Positions 53,504-64,000 of a DNA stretch of 64,000 bases are shown here, in pieces. Within the stretch, counting starts at the first letter, position 1. Each line of letters begins with the position of its first letter. Source of the DNA: Adineta vaga (taxonomy: Eukaryota > Animalia > Rotifera); assembly GCA_021613535.1 (NCBI GenBank), contig CP075492.1:2046001-2110000 (forward strand). Reading direction: 5' to 3'. Both the position numbers and the translations under genes were made by a program. Under the pieces are notes generated by a model. It had not been told where the DNA came from. It did no database searches and was given only the letters and a program-made list of their open reading frames with translations.

Positions 53504-54383
53504 CTTCACCCACTCTCATATGTATCCATTTTTATTTACCGACACATTCTCCGTTATTGTCAAACTACATATCGACACAAATCGTCGCTTACTACTATTC
53601 AAGTCAAATCCTGTCAAATCCTAGATTTGGATTTGACTGGAATTGGATTTGGTGCACCCCTGTTTTGAATAAATATTTAAACTTTTATTAAAACGAAAGA
53701 AACAACAAAGTGCAACTGACGTGTAAAAGAAAAAACAAATGAATTTTAATGTTATATTTTATTAAATAAATAATTCGTCATTTAGATATAAACTAAAATA
53801 AAGATCAAAGAAAATATCCAATCAAATCGCGTATTTAAGAATGACCTGTAGATCAATCCTTTCACTATAAAATACTTTCCCGATCGGTCAATATATAGAT
53901 ATCGAATTCATAAAACCATCCTATAGGAAAATTTCATTAATAACGAAATTCTATAATGTTTATTTGAATTTTCATACATAGATTTGATGAGAATAGGAAA
54001 AATAAATAAATTCTTTGAAATTATTTACCTTTACCCTAACTCAACAAAAAATTGTACAAATAGCAAGATACAAGTAAAAGAAATCCAACAACTCTAAATG
54101 AACTTTTTTGATTTGTGCTTGAACCAGACAAGTCTTCAGACATGTCATTAGTATATCACGTTCTTGATCAAGAAACTAAACTAGGATAAAAATTTCAAAA
54201 GATTGAAAGTTTAGTGGACAATTGCCCTCCCCTGGATATGCCACTGTTTGTTTTATTCATTGTACATTTACATTCGTACACAGACGTGTATTGTTGACTT
54301 TTAAGAAAAAAAATAGTTATCTTGTATCTAAAATATTGAAAAAACTTCAATAGAAACATGATATTTTACAAGTGCATTACTAA

Positions 54384-54602
54384 CCCAGGTCGAGGTGAAC
54401 AGAGCGAAAACGTGTTCCGAACGGACGAATGAAAATGACAAAACGTTCTGAACAGCCCAAAACGCTGTGTTTTAGCTGACCGAACATGTTCCGATCTACT
54501 TATTAGAAAATTCGCAACGTGTTCGGAACACTGTTCAGAACGTTTTACCATTTTTGTTCGCCCGTTCGGAACACGTTTTCGCTCTGTTTGCCTCGACCTG
54601 GG
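54384..54602. mobile_element. 219-bp MITE with ~45-bp TIRs
   Basis: cccaggtcgaggtgaacagagcgaaaacgtgttccgaacgg / ccgttcggaacacgttttcgctctgtttgcctcgacctggg. Confidence 0.85.
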
Positions 54603-55220
54603 AAATTATATGATTTTGTTCTAGAAATGTCATACATAAACCTATTTGAGAACTATTTTTCTTACTAAAATTATACATCCGTTGACGTCAAACATATTGA
54701 AAAACAACGCAAACATTTCTCATTAAATCTGAAGTTATATATTCATTTTTTGATAAGAACAATTACAAAAAAAAAACAATTGATATTCTATCATGCATAG
54801 TATATGTGTCGTGCATAACTAGAATAAGATACTTGTGTTATTAATTACTAGTTGAAAAAAAACAATTTCTTGGAATAATAATATTATCTAATAAAAAGAA
54901 TATCTTTGGGTAGGCGTCATTTTCATAGAAAATTCTATTCTACGAAGATGAATGGCACTAGTTTGATTGAGTATATAATTTGATTTCAACTTTAGCTTAT
55001 TATTTTTTATTGACAATCGAAAGGTTTTCAATTCACATAATAAAGATTGATCCAGCATCTGAAGTTCATTGAACTGTTAAACAACACTTTTGATTTGAAT
55101 ATCTTGATAAAGATATTCTCATTGAACAATAAACAGTATGGATATTTCTCTAACTTTCTTTCTACAGAAATAAATATTCTGTTTTGACGGTGAATACCAT
55201 CGTTTTCCTATCATATTCTA

Positions 55221-58200
55221 GTGACAAAACTCTTCAATTATATTCGTCATCTATATTCAAAAGTCAAGTCCTCTATTGAAAATTTCAATTTATTTGAATC
55301 TATTCCTCCATCTACTGATCAACATCAACTTCGAAATGAAAAAATTTCAACTAGAACATTTATCTTTCTCTTGATTACATCATTAACTATTCTTCTCTTA
55401 TACACTTCACTGATTGATATTACACAAACTGTCAATATTAAACAACCAACCATGTCAAAATATTTAGAATTATATTCTCAATATTCACAAACATTAACAT
55501 GTCCATGTACACAAATATCAATTAGTTATGAAACATTTCTTTCTATTGAATATAGATTTCATCAAGTATGTGATAGTTTTCTTGTCAATGAAGATTGGTA
55601 TAGTTTCATTTCTGAATCTAATACCGCCTATACTCTGTATTTAAATGATTATCGGTGGACAAGTTTATTTTTATTTCAAGCTATAAATGCGTTCTGTGGG
55701 TTAATTAAGCAAACGATTTCTAATCGTTTGAGGCAATTTTATTCAAATCAATATGTTAGTGCATCTGTCATATCATCACAAGTATTTACATTAGAAGTTC
55801 AAACATTGACAGCTCAGTTCATATCGTCTACAACTAACGAATTTTTATTATCATTAAATACAATACAAGAGACAACCCGGAGCAACTCTTTACTTTCGAG
55901 TCAACAAACTAATTATGCCTTGTATGTACCGAATAGAACTGTAAGTGGCTATATGTCTCTATCTTCAAAATCCTATGATGGTTGTAGCTGTTGGGTATCA
56001 TCTACATGTATGAGACAATCATCAGTCTTTGAACATTTTACTATAAGGGCATTATATAATATACCAGGTATTTATAGAGGATGTTATATCATTCAAACTT
56101 TACTTCAATCGGATCTTCGATGCTTTTTTAATCAAAGTTGTATCAATGAAGGACTGTCATTTTATAGTTTGACTCCATCAATATATGTAACCGCTCTTAA
56201 TAAATCATTACTGTATCGTTTTTTTCCAAATTCAACACTGAAAGAAATCGTTAACGAGCTGATGGTTGAACGATGGATGACATCAATAATGTATGAGAAT
56301 TATTATGATAAATGTCAACCAATAGAGTGTACTTATACTCATCGAACAAAGAATGACATTATTTATATTGTAACAACATTTATTGGTTTGACTGGCGGTT
56401 TAATAACAGTATTGAAACTTACTATACTATCAGTGGTTAAATTGATTAGAAGAAAACGACAAGTATCACGGACAGATGTTGGTAAGAAATAATATAAGTT
56501 TTTAAGGGTAACCGAAAACTACAACATTTTCTCGAGCTATATTTATAAAATATTTATATTGGGAAGAAATCTTTTTGGTAGTGTTTCTTTTGTCTCACTA
56601 TTTTTCGATAGTATTGCCATACTATATGCAACGGACAAATAAATACTGTTTTGAAATCCTGACATAAAATTAAATTGATGTTAGATCAACAAAATGTGAG
56701 TGCCAATGACAGTACAAGTCCCTTTTTGTACACACTCTCACTTCCACTCATACATTTGTCTTATTAGTGTTTCAGCTTATATATGTGACTAGCGGAGATA
56801 CCCGCTGCAAAAACGACACAATTTACGTTTTTTATCTACAGCAGTGCTTTTCTTATCACCCACAGGACCTCCTCGTTCGTATTTATCCGTCATGTATCAA
56901 AAAATCCTCACACCCTCCTTTTCCGCCCTGACTTAGTTAGTGTAATCTTTCAGGTCGTCACTCAGCGTACGCTACCTGTCTTCCACACGTCTTTCTCCTC
57001 CGTACTGAGATCCTTCCTATATCCCTTTTCGCGTCATACACCAGGTCTTTTTTCAGAACTTCGCATCTCTTCATTAGTTCTTTCCTACAGATTTTCTCTC
57101 GCTTTGCATACGAAATACAGCTCTGTTCCTTTTAAATCCACTCCTACTGTCCCGCTGCAACTCCAGTCCCATTCTACACCCACTGTCCCGCTGCAACTCC
57201 AGTCCCATTCTACACCCACTGTCCCGCTGCAAGTCATTCTCTACTTTATAAACTTCACTTCTACTCTATACAGGTAGAGTAGTCATTTCACTCCAGATTC
57301 AGTTTTTTTTAGAACCCAACCCATGCTTTGTAGTTGTCTATCCTGGATGCAGACACCTACACCCACCCTCATTCCTATATGCCATCTTGAGAGCGAAATT
57401 TCACACACGCCGCCTCTCCATCCCTTGATGGCTATTCTAACTTCATTTCGACCTTCCTCTGGATCGAGGGAAGCATTGTGGAAAGTTTGGTGACGTTAGC
57501 TGTTACAGGGAACGTACGCATAACGAACAAACAGACAAACTTTCTTCTTTATATATATAGAAGATTATATAGATAGATATATAGATAGATAGATAGATAT
57601 AGATTAAAGAACCTTTAATTGTCACATTTATTGCAAGAAATAAACAGTATCAAATAAAAAACCCTCAAAACTGGAGCACATTCTGTAAGTTTCTACCAAA
57701 ATAACGACAATTGAAATTCAATACGACTTGGGTGAAATTTCACCCAGACACAGATTCCCACCCTCAAATCAATATATTTCGATACGGAACGTGTAAATTA
57801 TCGTAGATGTGCGCTCTGACGGCCTTCGGCCGCCTTCGCTATCGATTATTTAAAGTTTTTGAAATGCTGCAATCCTATTGGTCAGTTTCATAGATTGCCC
57901 GCAGGAAGCGTAGAATTTATTTTTTTCGGAACAAAGTAAATGTCGACCTTCCCGTAAGCCTAGAGAAGCATTGTGGAAAGTTTGGGAATGTTAGCTATCA
58001 TTGAACTGCCTGGGTGAAATTTCACCCACGCTCCCCACCCCCACCCCCTGATGACCATTCTAACCCCATGTCGACCTTTCCTGGGACCTAAGGAAGCATC
58101 GTAGAAAGTTTGGTAGGTGTGGCTATTACAGCGACCGAATGCATAGCGAACAGACAGACAGACAGACAAACTTTCCTCTTTATATATATAGAAGATTAAT

Positions 58201-61094
58201 TCAATAATAAAAGTTTTTACACAATTGTTTTTACTATTTTATGAATGATTCAAGAAGAAGACGAAAGATATAATATCGGTCAAAGATTGAAACATTATTT
58301 GATCACATATAATGCGTTCCAATCAATTCCTCCATCTACCGATCAACATCAACTTCGAAATGAAAAAATTTCAACTAGAATATTTATCTTTCTCTTGATT
58401 ACATCATTAACTATTCTTCTCTTATACACTTCACTGATTGATATTACACAAACTGTCAATATTAAACAACCAACCATGTCAAAATATTTAGAATTATATT
58501 CTCAATATTCACAAACATTAACATGTCCATGTACACAAATATCAATTAGTTATGAAACATTTCTTTCTATTGAATATAGATTTCATCAAGTATGTGATAG
58601 TTTTCTTGTCAATGAAGATTGGATCAATTATACTGCTACATCTGTTGATTTTAATGTCATAAAAATTTATGACTTTCGTTACCTAAGTTCATTCATATTT
58701 CGAAGTTTGAATGTTCTTTGTAAGTTAATCAATCAAACGATTTCTAATCGTTTGAGGCAATTTTATTCAAATCAATATGTTAGTGTATCTGTCATATCAT
58801 CACAAGTATTTACATTAGAAGTTAAAACATTAGCAGATCAATTTATATCATCAACTAAAAACGATTTTTCGTTGTCGTTAACAACAATACGAAATACCAC
58901 TCAAAGCAATGCTTTATTTTCTGGCTTGCGAACCAATTATAATTATTACATAGCGGTTGATCGGGTTTATCCAGATCCTTATCCAGTATCTTATGGTGAA
59001 TGTAGCTGTTCATCTTCACCTAGATGTCGTTCACAATCTATTATTTATAATTATCCTGATGGCAGGGTTTTATTCATTGTACCTGGTATCTATAGAGGAT
59101 GTTATATAATTGAAGCTTTACTTGAGTCAGATCTTCGATGTTTTTATAATCAAACATGTATAAATGAACTACAATCATATTATTCATCAACTTCGTCAAG
59201 AAATAGAACAGTCCTTGATAAATCATTATTAGTTCAATTTTTTACAAACTCAACAATTAGTGAGCTTGTTAATGAATTAATGGTTGAACAATGGAAGAGC
59301 GCAGTAAAATACGAACAATATTACAATGCTTGTCAACCAATAGAATGTATTTATTCACATGAAGCGAGAAACAAGCCGATCTACATTGTAACGACACTTA
59401 TTGGATTACTTGGCGGTTTGATAACAGTATTGAAGTTAATTATACTAAGACTTGTATCGTTTTTACGAAAACAAAAACAGCAAACAAGAGTACATATTGG
59501 TAAGAAAATATCAAAAATGATTCTTTTGCATTCCACTCGAGTTGGCTTTCTATATGAAAGCAAATCTTTTTATAAAGTACTAATCACTTTTTGACCAGCA
59601 CAGAGTTTATGCTCAAATTTTATGTTGAAGATGACATGTAAATGATTAACGATTGTACAATATGCTGTCCTTCTGCTCACTGCTAACAAGTAAGCGATGC
59701 TTTAACAATCTATAGAAATAGAACCCTTCAGATAGAATAATAAAGGTTGTTCATGTTTAAAGACTCAATTGAAATATTTTCTAAAACTTTGGTTTATTTA
59801 TTTCTGTTTAGTGACGACCATGAATGAAAAGATTCAACCATTAAGCACAAATTTAAAATTATTTTTTCAAAATTTCAATTTATTTGAATCTATTCCTCCA
59901 TCTACCGATCAACATCAACTTCGAAATGAAAAAATTTCAACTAGAACATTTATCTTTCTCTTGATTACATCATTAACTATTCTTCTCTTATACACTTCAC
60001 TGATTGATATTACACAAACTGTCAATATTAAACAACCAACCATGTCAAAATATTTAGAATTATATTCTCAATATTCACAAACATTAACATGTCCATGTAC
60101 ACAAATATCAATTAGTTATGAAACATTTCTTTCTATTGAATATAGATTTCATCAAGTATGTGATAGTTTTCTTGTCAATGAAGATTGGATCAATTATCTT
60201 ACTACAACTTACGTACCTGGTAACATTTCTATCTACGATTTTCGATATACGAGTTCATTCATATTTCAAGCTATAAATGCGTTCTGTGGATTAGTTAATC
60301 GGATGATTTCTAATCGTTTGAGGCAATTTTATTCAAATCAATATGTTAGTGCATCTGTCATATCATCACAAGTATTTCATTTGCAAGTTGAATCATTAAC
60401 AACTCAATTCATATCGTCTACAACTAACGATTTTTTATTATCATTAAATACAATACGAAATACTACTCAAAGTAATTCGTTATCCACTGGTCCTCTAACT
60501 AACTACAAACTATATATAGAACAAGGTAGTGGTACTATCACTAATATTCCGCAAATGCTTGATGAATGTAGTTGTGCGTCTTCAGCCAGATGTAGTCATC
60601 AATCTCTCATATGTTCTTATGTATGTGATACCCCATATTTTTTGGTGCCAGGTTTTCGTACTGCATGTTATATTATTGAATCATTACTTCAATCTGATCT
60701 TCGATGTTTTTATAATCAAACATGTATAATTGAATTACAAACATATTTCACGTCGTCTACAATAATGAATATCACGTCCCTTGACAGGTCATCACCAAGT
60801 CGATTTTTTCCAAATTCAACATTTGAAGAAATTTTTAATGAATTAATGATTGAAAGATGGAATTCAACGTTAATGTATGAAAAGTATTATAGTGTATGTC
60901 AACCAATTCAATGTATTTATACCCATGAAGCGAAAAATAGTATTATTTATATTATTACTACTTTATTTGGACTTACTGGTGGTTTGACAAAAGTTTTTAG
61001 AGTATTCATACCGTATTTGGTTAAATATACTACAGTTTTGATTCGCAAATGGAAACTAAGAAATAGTACAGTTCAACCAATGACTGATACATAA
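55221..61094 (+). CDS. Membrane protein made of three tandem ~420-aa exons (TM - Cys-rich ectodomain - TM), unknown function
   Basis: ORFs 55221-56492, 58245-59594 and 59769-61094 are paralogous (LTCPCTQISI, CQPIECxY). The first two end at G|GTAAG donors; the third follows an AG acceptor and has the stop. Confidence 0.75.
56789..57564 (-). mobile_element. Non-autonomous Helitron in an intron
   Basis: Minus strand 5' A|TCTTCTATATATATAAAG ... 3' hairpin GCGGGTATCTCCGC ending in CTAG|T; internal 36-bp tandem repeat at 57146-57232. Confidence 0.75.
57603..58195 (-). mobile_element. Second related Helitron-like copy, 3' end unclear
   Basis: Same 5' end TCTTCTATATATATAAAGAGGAAAGTTTGTCTGTCTG; shared gtgaaatttcac and aagcattgtggaaagtttgg blocks. 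Confidence 0.6.
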
Positions 61095-61750
61095 TTATTT
61101 TTCTTTGACTAATAAAATATATTGTGAAAATCAGACAGCACTATTATTATTGTCGTCTATGTTTAATTACAGTTTCTTTGCTTAAGCTTATTTATCGTCG
61201 ATCTTGCCTGCTTCTTAAATTTCTTCTATATCTCGTGTGATTCTTTGCATATTGAAAAGGCTTTTTTGAAAGGTACTCAATTCTAATCAAATATTATTTT
61301 TATAGTTTATCCTTCATTTTTTTTTCATGTCAAAATTTAAAATACGGAGGCACAGAAAATATAAGAAGAGAATGTAATTAACATAAAATTTATTTTCAAA
61401 TAATACTTAAAAAACTGGGAAAAAAGCTAATTTAAATTCGCATCCTTTTTGTGTTTATTTAACTGTATTTAAAATAAATATATGTCATAAGAAAACCTAT
61501 TTAATTGAAAGTTCTGAAAAAACAGGTCAAATTACAATACTCTTTTTTTTGTGACAGAACATAAATATACATGTAAGTTATCTAAATCTTCATCGACATT
61601 TTCTACCTTTCTTATGTTTTTTATTCTTTAGATTTAAATCAATTTTCCCGTTAATTGAATATTGACGTGAAATATCGCATTCTATATTTTATCATTAGAA
61701 ACAAATTATACACTACAGTTTTTCTCTTTACTAAAAGTCTCTGTTGACTA

Positions 61751-64000
61751 ATGAATCGAGGTGTAAAGAGGATTGGTGGATTAATATCTGTGATATTTGC
61801 GTTGGGAATTATCATTTTTTTATTGATTTATTTCATCAGAAAAGAATATCTACTAGATAGACGATCAGGTATGTGTTATTACGTAATTAAATTATGAAGA
61901 TATAAAATAGATACAATAGTTTCAAAAAATGTACTACTTCGTATCAACTCATTTAGATGAAATACTTAAATCTAGATCATTTGAGATTTTATTTTTTACT
62001 GCAAAATGTTACAAATCCTTCTAATTTTAAATATTTATTTCATTAGAAGTGCGATCGATTTATCAATCCAAACTGACGGTATTTAGTCCAATGTATATTC
62101 ATTCCCAAGACCATTGGTCAACATCGATTTTTTATTATGAGTATATACAAATCGAGGTTAATACAACAGGAACTTACACTATTATGTCCAATAGTACCAT
62201 GGATATGCAAGCATTTTTATTTAATCATACTTTTAATTCTTCAATAGTAGATCAAGATTTTATTATATTCGACGATAGTAGCGGTGACAATTACCAATTC
62301 ATGTTTAAAACCGTGTTTCAAGCTACAATAAAATATATTTTATTTATAACAACTTCTGTAGGGAACACAGTAGGAAGTTTTTCAATTATTGGTTTGGGTC
62401 CAACATCGATCAATATTTTTTCAAGTGAATCAAACTAGGAATAAACTATTTCACATAAAATAGATAGTCTAGAATTGAGAAAATGAAAAATATGGGAGTG
62501 AGGATTTGGTTTGTGAAAAAAGCAATCCTTCCGTCCATATCTTCACTCTCATAAATTAGTAAAAATCGATCTTTTCTTCTAGTTACATCTCTGATCAATT
62601 CTCAACAAGTGCAATCATATTACTCATCAGCATTAACAACAAACAGTCCATTGTATGTTCATCCTGAATATTCTTCGCCAACTGTAGTTTTTTATTATCA
62701 TGCTATTCAATTAAGCGTGATAACAACAGGAGCTTATTCAATATTGTCAAATAGTGTTTTGGATACGCAAGGATATATATATAATGATACTTTTAATTCT
62801 ATATTTCCTACTCAAAATTTATTGTTAACCGATGACAATACTGGTGGCAATAAACAGTTCATGTTGACATTAGCTCTTTATTCTGGAAAAAATTATACCT
62901 TAGTCGTAACAACATTCTGGCCGGGTTTTAAAGGAACATTTTCATTAACCACACGTGGTCCAGCATCGATTACTTTTTTACGGAGTAAGTCAATCTAATA
63001 AAAATACCATTTATGAGACTAGGCGAATTTTTAAACATATTCACATTTCTATTCTGACTCTTAACACATCCATGATCCTCACATATCTTCAGCCATCCTT
63101 TGTTTAAATGATTTCTTAAATCTGATTTTTTTCTATTATGAACCTTAGTGAATACAACAAGTATACAATCCACTTACTCATTGGCTTTGACGACATCGAA
63201 TCAATTGTATGTCCGTCCTGAAGCATATGCGCCAACTGGTGCTTTTTATTATCAGACTATTCAATTGAAAGTGTCAATAACAGGAGTTTATACTATCGCA
63301 TCTTATGGTACCATGGAGATAAAAGGATATATATATAATCATACTTTCAACTCTACATTTCCAAATCAAAATTTACTTATATCAAATGTTAACACTGGGA
63401 AAGACAAACAGTTCTCGCTTTCAATAAATTTTTATTCAGGGTTAAATTATGTCTTCGTTACAACAACATATTGGCCAAATGCCACAGGAACATATACAAT
63501 AATTGCAAATGGTCCAGCATCAATTAATTTTGTATTGAGTGAGTACATAGGATAAGAATAGTAATCGTTATACGATATGTATTAGGGAACTTACAATAGT
63601 GTTTCTCAATTAATAGTATTCCGTGTAAATCAGGACAAATTTTATACGAAAAATAAATAGTATTTATACATCTTTCTAGATTTCTTCCTTTAAACTATTT
63701 TCAATTCTCATTTCAGCGTAAAAACTTTTTACACTGCTGAGTTATTTGTATTTTCTTCTGGTTACATCTTGAGGGTGTGGGTGGGTGGGTGTGGAAGAGG
63801 AGAAACCTACACCCACACCCACACCCTCAAGATGCTAATTAAATACTGAATATTGACGAATTCTGTTTTTTTCTATTAGTTAACTTAACCAAGATACAAT
63901 CAAATTATTTATCTGCTTTAACAATATCTAGTCCAATGTATAAACGTTCTGGAAGTAGTGAATCATCAGCCACCTTTTACTATCAAGCTATTCAAATTCG
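61751..64000 (+). CDS. Type II membrane protein with tandem ~120-aa beta-sandwich (PPC-like) exons; runs off the window
   Basis: Exon 1 MNRGVKRIGGLISVIFALGIIIFLLIYFI|gt; repeat exons at ~62049, 62583, 63148 and 63880 (YYxAIQL..TGxY..S..DTxGYIY..DD..G..QF..YxLVVTT). Confidence 0.7.
62491..62553. repeat. Degenerate intronic junction element J20
   Basis: tatgggagtgaggatttgg...ccatatcttcactctcata (16/19 inverted match). Confidence 0.5.
63765..63834. repeat. Junction element J21 (most intact copy, intronic)
   Basis: CATCTTGAGGGTGTGGGTGGGTGGGTGTGG-aagaggagaaa-CCTACACCCACACCCACACCCTCAAGATG. Confidence 0.95.

Noticed and set aside
53169-53668. ORFs with PTHT/PH repeats
   Set aside because: They are translations of a MITE plus the CCCACA arm of J19.
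57566-57603. (TAGA)n-like tract
   Set aside because: Ordinary microsatellite next to a Helitron end.
986-63834. CRISPR array reading of the repeat-loop-repeat units
   Set aside because: Arms are inverted rather than direct, units are kilobases apart, there are no cas genes, and the context is eukaryotic.
986-63834. Sequencing adaptor or scaffolding artefact
   Set aside because: Copies show graded mutational decay and variable repeat number, and one is duplicated together with its flank. Long-read confirmation is still needed.
1-64000. Bacterial integron or contaminant contig
   Set aside because: Spliceosomal introns, GPCRs, ubiquitin, hAT and Helitron elements are present; no tyrosine recombinase ORF was seen.

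Overview
AT-rich eukaryotic DNA with short GT-AG introns. The gene content (expanded rhodopsin-like GPCRs, LDLa/EGF-GPCRs, an intronless NACHT protein, FG-GAP repeats, bacterial-type enzymes) and the TGTGGG/TGAGGG repeats point to a bdelloid rotifer; this is an inference. The window holds about 18 unrelated genes or gene fragments, many decayed, plus a hAT transposon, several MITEs and non-autonomous Helitrons. The main observation is about 20 copies of a 50-115 bp palindrome, CATCTTGAGGG(TGTGGG)n - variable loop - (CCCACA)nCCCTCAAGATG. These copies partition the window into roughly one-gene segments and sit exactly at points where genes and transposons are cut off. A 631-bp duplicated segment starts inside one copy and ends at the first base of another. 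The region looks like a concatenated array of telomere-repeat-capped gene cassettes (integron-like or nanochromosome-like). No recombinase or reverse transcriptase is encoded in the window.
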